A stretch of DNA of 48,350 nucleotides, from contig NOWV01000167.1 in assembly GCA_003344405.1 (NCBI GenBank), positions 124,001-172,350 of the forward strand. The letters are read 5' to 3'. A program made the translations under genes and the position numbers. The stretch is from Trichoplax sp. H2. Lineage: Eukaryota. The notes under the pieces are model-generated. The model was not told the origin of the DNA. It was given only the letters and a program-made list of their open reading frames with translations, and made no database searches. How positions within the stretch are numbered: position 1 is the stretch's first letter; each line of letters begins with the position of its first letter. Shown here piece after piece: positions 26,700-38,862 of this stretch.

Positions 26700-28500
26700 C
26701 ATTCTCCTTAAAATAGCAAATTATGTTATAGTAATGTCAAGATGTTATTAGCAATGATAACTAGATCCAATAACATTACTTTTGCTATTTTTATAGTAAA
26801 ATAATAGTTCTACTACTGCTAGAATACGTCAAGATGTCATAACCAAGCCTCGTTGTCAACTATATGGTCTAATGATATTGTCATTCTCCTCTATTTTTTC
26901 GTAAAGTCATTACTGTAATACGAACCATAATGCTAATTTGAATAGTCTTGACAATATCTATCATCTGATAATATTATTTCTCTCACATCTAATCTTAGTC
27001 TAGTAAATCATTGCCTTAGGAACAAAGGTACCATGTCCAAAGCTAATAACGTGATAGTTTCAAGATTTATTGATATCATTTCACTTCAAGAGCAAAGGCG
27101 TCATTTCCAACGCTAACAACATGATAGTTGCAAAATTTAATAATATTATTATTTTACTTCATGTGTATTCTTACTAAGATAATTATCGTTAGGATAAGAG
27201 CCAAGGCATCATTTCCAAAGTTGATAACTTGATAGTCTCAAGATTGAAGTTTGATGATTTTATAATATCACTTATGTCATTTTTTTCGCCTCAAAGCAAT
27301 TTTCATTCGGGTAGGAGCCAAAGTAACATTTCCTATGGTGATAACATCATCGATTAAAACCGTTTTCCTCCTATATTTACGTAGTAAATAAATCACAATA
27401 AATAAGGGTCAAAACGTCATGACCAATGCTCATAAAGTGATTGAATGATGTCATTTACAATTCATTATGATTAAAGCCATAGCGCTATTTCCAAAGCTAA
27501 AAATTGATAGTCTCCTCATCGAATAATATCATTTATTTCATTCCTATTCTTAGTAAAATAGAATCATCAGTAGAGCAGGGATTTCTAAGAAACACCTGGT
27601 TGAAAAGAGCCAAGGCGCTCTTGCCAAAGCAAATAACTTATTAGTTCCATAATCTAGTAAAATTATTTATTTTATGTATATTCTTCGTAAATAGAATCAT
27701 CGCTGGCGTACAAGCTAATGCGCCATTTTCATAGTCTCATTATTTAATAACACTGTTTTATTTCATGCATAATCTTAGTCGAACAATCATCGCCAAAGTA
27801 AGAGCCAAGGCGCTATTTCTAATAGTAATAACAGAATTTAAGAATGCTGCCTACTTTCCTCATGAATCTTGTGAGTCAATAAATCACTATAGTAAAAGCC
27901 AAGATATCAAAGCTAATAATAGGGTGCTGTGCAATAATAGTATTTTCCTCATGTATGTCCTTAGTAAATAAATCATTATAACAAAAATCAGGATATCATG
28001 GCCAATGCTAGTAATATGATCTAATAATATCATTTCCCTTATAGAATTTCTTAGTAAATAAATCATTATAGCAAGAGGCAAGACGTCGTGTTTATGACTT
28101 ATCTAATAACACCATTTTCCTCGTATATTTTCTTAGCATATTAACCCTGTTAGTGAGAGCTCTGACGCCATGACCAATACTAATAACATGATCCAATAGT
28201 ATCATTTCTCTTATTTACTGTACGTATATCTTAGTCAATAATGGCAATATCAACAGCCAAATGTCCGTAATCAAATGCTAACACTATGATCCAGCCATAC
28301 TATTTCCTTCAGATATTCATTAAGCAACATGATCATAGCAGCATCAAGAGCAAAGAAGCTTTAACCAAGATTAATAACCCAGCTTGAGGAATATTATTTT
28401 CTTCTTGTATTAAATCCAAAAGTGAATCGATAATTATCATTCTAAAGTATCAGCACTTCTGCTTAATATTAACAACACTGCCCAATCATACTGTTTTCAT
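26700..28500 (-). repeat. Degenerate ~70-130 bp tandem array, probably a decayed repeat-protein gene
   Basis: Recurring AAGAGCCAAGGCG.(C/T)ATTTCCAAAGCTAATAAC and CTTAGTAAATAAATCA. ORF 27887-28081 shows MIYLLR twice, 30 aa apart. Confidence 0.6.
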
Positions 28501-29895
28501 TATATCATTTTCTTACTTGTAGTCTCTTTGACATGCGTCACTAATGTTAATAGTATAAATCAAATAATATTTTAGCTTTGTTATTTTTTTTAACATAGGA
28601 TAACAGTTAAGAGCATCAAGTCAAATACAGACAGTAGGAATTGAAATTCAATTAAAGCTATTCTATTCAAGTCCAGTGAATATATAAAAATCCAACAAAA
28701 ATAACATCAGACAAGTTGGTGGCAATTTCAACAAACAAGCCCTTGAAATATCCTATCTATGTATCCACTACACTACTAGTATTTCAGAACTTGAAAAAGA
28801 AAAGTACTCAACATTCTATCTTACTACTTTACTCAATAAGGATTCGACTTACGTTAGCCAGGACTGGATTAAAAACAGTTACAACAATTAACATAACTAC
28901 AAATTCATTTAAACTTCAAGTTTCAATTTGTACCGCGGAAGAATCATCAGTTTGAAAGTTTGTTCATGGCACAACTTGATCTTACAGAATGATTAATATA
29001 TTCATAAAGTAAAATTTGAAAACACCACGGAAGCTATTTGATGAATCTCCTCTTTTCTTGGTAAATTCTATCAACAACTTGTACGTTTCAGTCGAAAATT
29101 ATCGAATAGAGTTGAATCAATCTCTCCTAAACATCAACTAAAACTTGATTAAAAAAGAATGCTCAGTTTAAAGATAGATTACTAGTTTGAACTTGAATAA
29201 TATCAGCAACGATCCTATTCAATTAATATATAGACGGGCTGTTTTAGCTCGATTTAGTTAGAAGAGTGGATTGGGTTTCGATCCATCAGTAGCATCCAAT
29301 CATGGCAGATCGTCTTATTTAGTATTATATTTGGAGACAAGATTGGATTGCAATAGCTATTGGACAAATAAAGAAGTTATCATACTCCTTTTTCGATCAA
29401 TAGAAGATTGCATTAGCATCAGTAAAAAAACTTAAATTATAGATATCTAAAGAAGAAGAAATTTATCCTCTTTAATCTTGACAGAAATAACAACATACGA
29501 TCACTTTACGCTAAAGATAGTTGAATTACAAGATTAAGCGATCAAATTCCTACGTTACAGGTATTCAGTCTTAAAATTGACATAGAAATCAAGTTATACT
29601 AGAGCAATCACATTGAATAACTACAGCTATCAGTTCAAAGAATTAAAATCAGGGAAAAAGTTTTTAAAATATTGGAATAGCGCAACATTGGCACATCGAA
29701 TCGTATCTAAGAACATACTCTTATAGGAAATTCTAATCCTTTTGAGAGTCAGTACCGGTGTTAACACTCTACTTTGGTCTGAAATTGCTCGAATTTATTC
29801 GTTGCATTTCCCTACAAACCTTTGATTGCCATTTTTGACGCTAAAGGATTAAATTAGGTGCAATAAAAGTACCGCACCTCACGCTGAAATTCACC

Positions 29896-30906
29896 ATGTC
29901 AAATAATAGTAACATGACATGGAATCAGAGTAAAATGGCGTTAGAAAGTATGATCATCATCTGTGTATGGCTGCCAATTTATTTTATCGGTTTTTTTGCT
30001 AATATATTTGTTTGTTTAACTATCCTAGAACATTTCAAATTTCGATCATCACTATACCGTTTAATATTTAGCAGTGCCGCATCAGATGCGCTCGGCGATG
30101 CCTGTATTTTAGCTTATTTAGGCATGACTTTACTCTTAAGCTATCTCGATCATTCATTACTATGGCCAGTAGGTAATATTATGTGTAAAGTCTTTGGGTT
30201 ATTCATCTTTGCTACTTATTTCATCTCTATATTTACATTAACGTTCCTTAGCATTGATCGTTACTATAGCGTAGTTAAATTACGTAAGCCAACATTATCA
30301 ACCAATTGGAGAACTACCAATGTCGCTTTCATTACATGGATCGGTGGTTTTATCCTTGCTGCACCATTTTATTGGATCTATCATTTACCTAAAAAGCCAT
30401 CGCGGTATTGTGATTTCGGATTAATTAGCACATTATGGGGAAGATTTTATGCTGCGCTACTACTTATTGTTATTATTTTGATACCATTTATAATTATAAT
30501 TTATTGCTATACTCGAGTAGCTAAAAAAATTTATGCTGTTAATCCCACGTCAAGCCTTAACCATTCACATCGATTACCTCGCGGCTATAAAGGCGCTATC
30601 CAAATGATTATGGCCGTTACAGGTATAACATTAATTTCAGCATTAACTATACAATCTACCCTCATAATAGCAGCTTTCGAATCATTTCAGTCCAAAGCAA
30701 CTCCTGCTCATCACATTCATTCTACTTTTATGTCGGTTACAATATTACTAACTGCAGCATTGCTCTTGTCAGTTATGAGACCCTTTATATACTGTAAATT
30801 TAATGCTTCATTTCGCCGCTGTTACTGCAGTACTTTAAAATTTTATTTTTATGGCTTTGCTCTAGCTTCATCAACATCTGCTGGTAATAATTATAACGAT
30901 AATTAA
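29896..30906 (+). CDS. Intronless rhodopsin-family (class A) GPCR, 336 aa, peptide-receptor-like
   Basis: N-terminal N-glycosylation sequons (NNS, NMT, NQS), TM1 GFFAN, TM2 SAASD, ECL1 WPVG..MCK, TM3 LSIDRY, TM4 W...P, ECL2 Cys, TM5 IPF.II.YCY, TM7 MRPFIY followed by helix-8 FRR. Confidence 0.93.
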   Translation: MSNNSNMTWNQSKMALESMIIICVWLPIYFIGFFANIFVCLTILEHFKFRSSLYRLIFSSAASDALGDACILAYLGMTLLLSYLDHSLLWPVGNIMCKVFGLFIFATYFISIFTLTFLSIDRYYSVVKLRKPTLSTNWRTTNVAFITWIGGFILAAPFYWIYHLPKKPSRYCDFGLISTLWGRFYAALLLIVIILIPFIIIIYCYTRVAKKIYAVNPTSSLNHSHRLPRGYKGAIQMIMAVTGITLISALTIQSTLIIAAFESFQSKATPAHHIHSTFMSVTILLTAALLLSVMRPFIYCKFNASFRRCYCSTLKFYFYGFALASSTSAGNNYNDN

Positions 30907-32800
30907 TCACTTTTCGTCCATAAGACTAATCAATATTTGATTGCGATCATGGATAAGTTGTTATCGCCATTGCATTTTGAAGACCAATAGTTTCATTAGA
31001 GATGATAAATATTGGTTTAACTTTAAATCGAATAATTCAATTTTATTCTCGGAATCGATTAGAGTACTAAACATTTTCTAGTAATTTTAAAATACGAAAT
31101 GTATCAATTAATTATGCATATCCAACCAAAACTGCTTAAATTTCGAACTATGATCTATTTCAAAACAGAACTGGTTACTACTGAGCTTTGCTTATAAGTA
31201 TTATATCAACATTTTTTAAATGAACTACTGCCTTATACTATATTGAAATAGCTTTTATTTTAGAAGCTTTCTAGAACATTGTGTACGATGTAGTAGTAAA
31301 TTAAGTGTATTAATACTCTTTTCGGCCAATAAAATGATATTCACATCATATTTGAATGAGTAAAATTGAATTAGGCATACAACCAGTGAGTTCTTTTATA
31401 TTTTAATAAAGCAATTCTGTTTTGAAAGGCTTCGTTGGATACCTACCTATTCATATACTAAGTAAAGAGCAAAATTTAGTTTAGTAATGCTTTTCTAGTT
31501 ATAAATGATATTAATATTACACTCTGGATAGTATAAATAAAGTTAAAAGAGAGCTTAAGTTCTTATAAATAAAAATGATTCTTATTTTCCAAGCTTGGTG
31601 AAATAGTTATTGCATAATACTCTGCAGATTAAGTGTAGCAACTCTCCTTCAACCAATAAAGGATATTAATATGGTGGTATATTCTTAATAGTAGCATTGA
31701 AATTAAAGTACAAACAGGTAAATTTTTATTTGTTATACCGTATTTATACTATAAGGTGCGGTAGTTAATTTTTCTATAATATAGAAATAAGAGAGATATG
31801 GAACGATAGAACATCTCTTATGGTAGCAAAAAATAGAATCATCTAGAAATTAGGGATTGGCGTCGTATCTAAGAATATACAAACATGAGCAAGTTTTATT
31901 GCATAACATGTCCCTTAGGTATTGTAGGAATAGATGAATGTTATATCATATTTAAGAAAAAACGCTGATCTATAGATAGTCATATATGTTAAAATACAAA
32001 AATTGTATGCATTTACCTTTGATCGACGTATACTGTGTTGTAAATCTAACTGTTACTTTCAAAATTACGAGAATTAGTAACCATATAAATTATTGCATGA
32101 TTTAATCAGTGAATTCGCTGACATTGGGTTTCTCACTCTTCAATTGGAATAAAATGAGAATAAACTAATGTTCCATGCCTTATCCTTGAACTGACTATTT
32201 CGCCAACGTGTATTCAAGGATATCCATCATAAAGGCGTACAAATACTAGCCAATATGAATAAATACATTAGTGTGGTGGATTAATGCTGTATACGATCGT
32301 ATATTCTGCTGCTAGTTTATGGCTAGGATTAGGGTTATGGTAACTTACAAATATAGATATTATTCGTAGTCTTTCATCTTACATGAAAATAAAACAGATT
32401 ATCGTGTTTGGTTGGTTGTACTACTTATAGATCCTTGTTATTATTTATAATCATTTGCCACTACCTACATTGTTATATCGTAAGTTTTCTTTACTTCTAC
32501 AGTCTTAATCCCTGCTATATTCTAAAGTTATAAATATCGCTGAGTTTTACTTCATATCGGTACTGCTGTTGCTATCATATTTGCTAATAGTGTTACCTAT
32601 TGCAGTTATGTTATTTTGTGACGGCTACGCGCTGATTTGCTGTGACTTCAATCTTACACGATTTACAACTCGCAAGCAGAACTAGTTTCTTGCTAAGACG
32701 TCTCGTAACAATTACTGATGGCTACTATATCTAACTCTACTCATATATTGAACCCTTTACTTCAATTATTTCATATTTTCTACCATTTTACGGTATTTAA

Positions 32801-33611
32801 AATACCCCTTAACTACCTCACTAGAATTTAGACGCCTTTGCTTCTACGTTAAAACAACTATACAATTGAGAACTGCTTTATTCAACTATCTGACGGGCTT
32901 ATATACCCTTCTACAGCAGCTAACATTCACAAGTCATCTTATAAAAATACTTAGGTGAGAACATCTACTAACTAGTTTTTCACAGTCGGACTACAATATG
33001 TCCATTCACAGAATCATTTCGGTACACATTACAGCACAGCATTAAATTTACTGTAACACATTTACAATTAGAGTAATTCCTATTGTAAGGAACTAGATGT
33101 AATATATTATCACTATATTATNNNNNNNNNNNNNNNNNNNNTATGTTATTTTGTGACGGCTACGCGCTGATTTGCAGTGACTTCAATCTTACACGATTTA
33201 TAACTCGCAAGCAGAACTAGTTTCTTGTTAAGACGTCTCGCAACAATTACTGATGGCTACTATATCTAACTCTACTCATATATTGAACCCTTTACTTCAA
33301 TTATTTCATATTTTCTACCATTTTACGGTATTTAAGAAAATATGCTTTCGTATATAGTCGTTTGTTGAACAGTATCTCATATTACATATTTATTATAGTT
33401 TACCATTACAGATTTAAAAATTATAAACTAGAACAGAATGATCACTTCAGAAATGAAAACAAATATAGTTATACGTGTGTCACAAACCAGCTTCGTGACA
33501 AGGATAACGTAAAACAAATCTCTAAATTACTATAGTCTCCGGGATTCAGTATCCCTTAACTACCTCACAAGAATTTAGACGCCTTTGCTTCTACGTTAAA
33601 ACAACTATACA
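32801..33611 (-). mobile_element. Diverged LTR-like element (family C) split across two apparent alleles: one end at 33478 (TGTCACAAACCAGC), the other at 33058 (ACTGTAACA)
   Basis: Terminal and internal similarity to family A (AAGGATAACGTAA; GAATTTAGACGCC...TACGTTAAA). No convincing TSD found. Confidence 0.45.
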
Positions 33612-34597
33612 NNNNNNNNNNNNNNNNNNNNATTTATAATTAGAGTAATTCCTATTGTAAGGAACTAGATGTAATATATTATCACTATATTATATTAACC
33701 AAATTTAGATAACTATTTCTTCACGGTAGTTCGTACCGTGACAGTATGATATAAATTTTAAGTTTTTTGTAATTGAAGGTGCGGAAATTAATAGAGGAGA
33801 CTGAAAAGCTTTCACCATTTGATTAAATTAATTACCAGTGAAATTGGATTTTAATTAATCGTTTCAGAATTTATTAATAGTTAGTAAAGAAAGTAGAATA
33901 AATAGCATTATTGTAATTTTTACGGCCAAGCTATCGAGAAATTCTGTTTAACCAAATTTTATGTCCAGGCTTTCATTTCAATAGTAATCAAAAATGTCAA
34001 TGTAGAACTAACTATCAGTGCAGTAGTCTTTCAAGTTTCATGAATTTTACAATACCAAAGTAATATAGGGTAATACTGTATTAAAAATAATATTAAATTC
34101 CTGTGAATATATTTGTTGTTATATTAGCTCCAGTATCAAATTTTACACGCCCTTTCAGCTTATTCTAATCAATTACAATTTTTACAATATAGTATAGAAT
34201 ATATTTTTAACAATACTAAAGAAAAAAATAAATAAGACCACGAAATAGTTAGATCAAAACTAAGGAAATCTTGCTGCTCCATGTAAAAAAATCATTGCTC
34301 ATAGGTATGTCTCCCATTGGCTCAATTTATGACAGAAAAGCCAATCTATATGCAGTCTAACATTTATAGTGATGAGCGCTGTAAAACAGTTCATAAATTC
34401 ATGATTATTGTAACAGACTTATTAGAATATAATAATCTTAATGAAATAGTGCGACAGACTTAAATACGGTATTAGAGTAGAAATATCTATGCTAGAATAA
34501 TTTTGTTAGCCTATCCTTATTTAGTTAACTTCCAATTTGGATATGCGGTACTGTGTTTGAATATAGCTCTGGCTTTTTATGACAGTGACATATATAC

Positions 34598-35227
34598 TGT
34601 GACAGTGCTATATACTATATTAGAGTAGAAATATCCATGTTAGGATAATTCTGTTGGCCTATCCTTATTTAGTTAAATTCTAATTTGGATATACTGTATT
34701 TTAATATAGCACTGACTTTTTATGACAGTGACACTTATACACATACTGAAATTAATAGTTATAATAGGGAACGCAAATCATCTACTTACAGTTTGAATCA
34801 TTGTGATTGTAACTTACTTATGGTAGATTGTAAATTATCGTGAAAATGTTCCGTGATAAGACATATCGTAATCTGACTATTCTGTATTAGTCATCAGATG
34901 TCTATGTTCGTAAATACTGTTGTCTGCATTAAGGGAGTAGTAGCTAAAATTAACATCTAATTCAGTAAATGATTCCAAAGTTAATCGTACTAACTATGAC
35001 TCTTGAACTATTGAGGAATAGTATATAGATGCAGTATATCGTGTAATAAAGTAGATTCTGAAACTTAGTGTTTAACGTAAAATACGAGGCGTCTAAGTCT
35101 TTGTGTAGTCTGCTAGTAGAGCAAAAGTGTTTGTGATAGTGCAGATATCGCTTCTTGATACGTGATTCAAGGAATTGACTTATTGATCGTACATTACGTT
35201 ATCTTGTTGCAAAGCTGTTTTGTGACA
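34598..35227 (+). mobile_element. Complete family-A solo-LTR-like element (630 bp) nested in the same orientation in an older family-A copy
   Basis: TGTGACA...TGTGACA termini, flanks TATAC/TATGC, internal TATATA then AATAAA near 35020-35050; reverse complement of 7601-8222 and 43477-44109. Confidence 0.8.
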
Positions 35228-35249
35228 TATGCATATACTGAAGTTAATA

Positions 35250-35507
35250 CCTATCTTAAATATAGAAAATGATTAGAGCTCAGTTTGTTAGAATGCACCA
35301 GCGGCCGCTCCCAGAGAGTATAAAAGGAGCGAGCTCACAACGACTAGTTGTTCCAAAATTTAGTAGTCATAAAGGCTCGTCGAGCAAGATAATAAACTTT
35401 TCAACTGGATACTTTTCGAGTAATTGATTACCTATACATACCCCGAGTGCATTAGGATATTAGTTACTAGAGGAGTGAACCATTCACAACGAAGAAAATT
35501 TGTGACA
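35250..35507 (+). mobile_element. 3' fragment of a different LTR-like element inserted in the family-A host
   Basis: GC-richer sequence unrelated to family A, with TATAAAAG at 35319-35326 and AATAAA at 35391-35396. It ends TGTGACA at 35507, after which family-A sequence resumes. The left end is missing. Confidence 0.55.
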
Positions 35508-36570
35508 TCTACTTGCAGTTCGAATCATTGTGATTATAACTTACTAATGATAGATTGTAAATTATCGTGGAAATATCCCGTGATAGAACATATCGCAATC
35601 TGACTATTCTGTATTAGTCATAAGATGGCTATGTTCGTAAATGCTATTGTCTGCATTAGGGAGCAGTAGCTAAAATTAATGTCTAATTCAGTGAATGATT
35701 CCAAAATTAATCGTACTAAGTATGACTCATGAACTATTAGGGAAGAGTATATAAATGCAGTATATCGCGTATTAAAGTCAATTCTTACACTTGTTCAACG
35801 TAAAATACGAGGCGTCTAGGTTTTTGTATAGTCTGCTAGTAGAGTAAAAGTGTTCCTGATAGTGAAGATATCGTTCCTTGATACATGATCCAAGGAATTG
35901 GCTTGTTAATCGTACATTACGTTATCTTGTTGCAAAACTGTTTGTAACAAACAGCAAATTACACTAAGTACACTTGAGGATAAAGTGATTATGGTAAATC
36001 TTATTACAGGTAATTATAATCATAAAATGAGACAATATTTCGTTTATCACCTGATTAAAATTATATTCTCATATTGAATTAGCTTTGAACAGCAAAATAA
36101 TACAGATAAACAAACGATTTAAACATGGAGTTATAAAGGAAATAATGAAAAGAAATAATTATATGATTATCAAACACGGAAATGATCTTTTCCAGTAAAA
36201 GAAACTGTTAATAAAATTAATATTTTTAATGATCATGATCGCGCATTGAAAATGTTCGATCGTTGACCTTTCGAATGCCAAAAGAATATTTTTCTACAGT
36301 TGAGATACATTTACGTCTGTCTTACACCTTAATTAAATTTATATATGGAAACAATTCGTGAAAGTTACGAAATTTTCTACACTAGACTAAAATAAATCGT
36401 TACCTAGAAAAATATTTTGACTATTACAAGCATTATAGAGATGATCAAATTAAAGAAACCGGCAAAATATGTCTTTGATCATAATAATCTATCTCAATGA
36501 TAAGGTTTTAACAACTAAGTTAATCTCCTAAAACTAAATATTAGCATGAAGATGATAAATAATCTAACTG

Positions 36571-38862
36571 CTATTCATAAGTAGACAAATATGATTCAAT
36601 GACAATTACATTTGCTGTTTGCTCATAAAATAGTCCGCTTGTATGACTAATCTCGGGCATAACTTGTTTTTCTCTACTACGAAGAAGCTTACGTATCTTA
36701 TCACGGAATTTTCGATGCTTGTAAAAATAAACTATAGGATTAGTAAAGCTTCTAATATTGGTTGCGGAGACAGAAATAGATCGAATTATTGCCGAATTTA
36801 AGCTATTATATTTCTGTGGAAATGATCCCATTAAAAATACCGGTCCATAGCTTAGAAGGAATACTCCAATAACGACTGATGCGACCTTTATTAATTCGAT
36901 ATTAACAATAAATATTATCAGCTAATATCATATTTTACTCGTAATAATTACTATAATTTTTATAAATCTAATAATGTCGTAATAATAAAAAATATGCGCA
37001 ACTTTGAAGATCGTATAATTCGGCCTGATTTAATATCTATTCTAGTTGTAAATTATCATACGAAATACGGTACCTGAAGAACGCTTTTTTGCAATAATTG
37101 GGTAGATTGTCGCTGTTCTTGTTTAGAAATAATCAGCCTAATATAAGTAAAGGATGTTATTGCAGCTACAAATGTAGCAAAAAATAAGAATGTATTCCAA
37201 GCTATTGATGGAATTGAATACATTCGAATTCGCGATGAAATAAGGTCGTAGGGATCACCAGGCTAGATTAATACCGAAAAAAAATTACAGATTGTCAGGC
37301 AATTTTTATTTCTATAGAGACGGATCAAGCAAAGGGCTAAGTTGCACTGAAATTAAGATTTACTTGAGTAAGGTAAAATATTTTCTGAGTCTTTTCATCT
37401 CTAATGACAAATATTTTTATTGTATATCATTTCTGTTACTGTAGTATTTTTATGCAGATATCTTGACGGAAGTATAGATGAGAAATAGATTCATATTAGA
37501 TAATAATGAACTATAATTAAGATCTCTTGAATCAAGTTCTCTGAAGCCTCTAATTAATTTTTAAAATCTTAAGATGCTACTTGTCGGTTATAGCTACTTC
37601 GGGTATCGAATAATCGATTAAGGCTTTTAATACTGGGTAAGCAAGTTTTGCAATCATCAAATTAACTTCGAGTTGCTTAAAAAATATAATTAAAGGTATT
37701 TCACTGCCGTTTCCTACATATCCTAAAGATATGTGATTTAAATAAAATTTTAATATTTATTTATTAAGTTTGATAAATAGACTAATCTCCTTTTGCGATT
37801 AAAGTGATCTTAACAATAAATTATGAAAATTTTTATCCTTGTAGAATTTAGCATCGACTTAGTCTATCTAAAATTCTTAACTACGTAAGAAAGAATACTT
37901 TGAATAGGCAGTTTCTAGAAGATAGTTAAGTAGTAAGTATTTATTCATCTTAACCGAAATTAATAACTGGTTTTGCACTTAGCTTTCAAATAATGCCTAA
38001 TTACTTTAGTGCTGATTAAAAATTTAATGTATTCAGTCGGATAAGATAATGATAAATGGTACTGTAATCAGAGTTATGAAAATCAATTGTAGACTTGCAA
38101 TACATGGAGAACAGTAAAGCTCAGGAAGAAAACTCAATATCAATCGACTATTGACTCTATGATGACATACAAACTTTGTCCAGTTTTAATATGTAATTTA
38201 AGTTTAACAACATTCAGTAACAAAATAATAAAGTTATTTCATTTTAGAGTAGAATTAAAGCCTATTTACTTATATTTACTATTTAATCGCCAATAATTAT
38301 TCAATCTTACCTGAATTGATAAACAGGAGAAATATCTGGGTTGATATTGTAATTTTAACAATGTTACAGTGCTAATGGCACAGGATAAAATCCAGCAAGA
38401 AATAACGCTGAAATAATAAATCTTCCACCTTCTTCTTGGATGTAATGGATTGGAATTGATAATAAGGGGTTTACGACGAACAGCTAAGTATCTTTCGAAA
38501 CTAAGTAATATCATGAGATAGCAGTTTATGGATCCACATACCATAGATATTGCCATTACAACTTGACAGGTGTAATGTCGCACTTGACCGTACGTATTAA
38601 ATTCAATAATTTCTGCAGGTATACATAAGAGACAGTTGACCAAATCAGCAATGGCTAAATAGTAAAGGAGCAAATTATTAACTGTCTCATTTGTGGTTAT
38701 TGGCATTCGATTAGGTTTAAATATAATAGTAACGCAGGTATTTCCCAGAATACCCATGACCATTATCAAAGTTAGAAAAATGGTTATAGGAATCGACAGG
38801 AATGATGGTAAGTAGTTGTTATACATTTCATAGCCAGTTAAATTGGATAAATCTGAATCCAT
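36571..38862 (-). CDS. Rhodopsin-family (class A) GPCR, ~363 aa. Exons (minus): 38862-38311, 37262-37074, ~36921-36571
   Basis: Exon 1 has GILGN, LAIAD, TM3 Cys and SFERY and ends CAG|GTAAGA. Exon 2 (TAG|CCT...CAG|GTACC) encodes the TM5 stretch WNTFLFFATFVAAITSFTYIRL. Exon 3 has TM6 FLLSYGP and TM7 TNPIVY plus helix-8 KFR. All junctions are phase 0; the exon 3 acceptor is less certain (alternative AG near 36887). Confidence 0.88.

Larger units (their letters stand above)
34450..35949 (+). mobile_element. Older family-A solo-LTR-like host (34450-34597, 35233-~35250, 35508-35949) interrupted by two insertions
   Basis: Begins TGCGACA, ends TGTAACA, flanked by AATAG/AACAG (5-bp TSD, 1 mismatch). 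The pieces are collinear with family-A copies 34598-35227 and 44571-45213. Confidence 0.75.

Noticed and set aside
28600-29560. Possible coding remnant including ORF 28716-28955
   Set aside because: Frequent stops, no recognisable domain and no consistent frame.
34598-35949. Paired LTRs enclosing a short internal region (TRIM-like element)
   Set aside because: The downstream copy is the continuation of the host that begins at 34450, and each unit has its own TSD, so nesting explains the layout.
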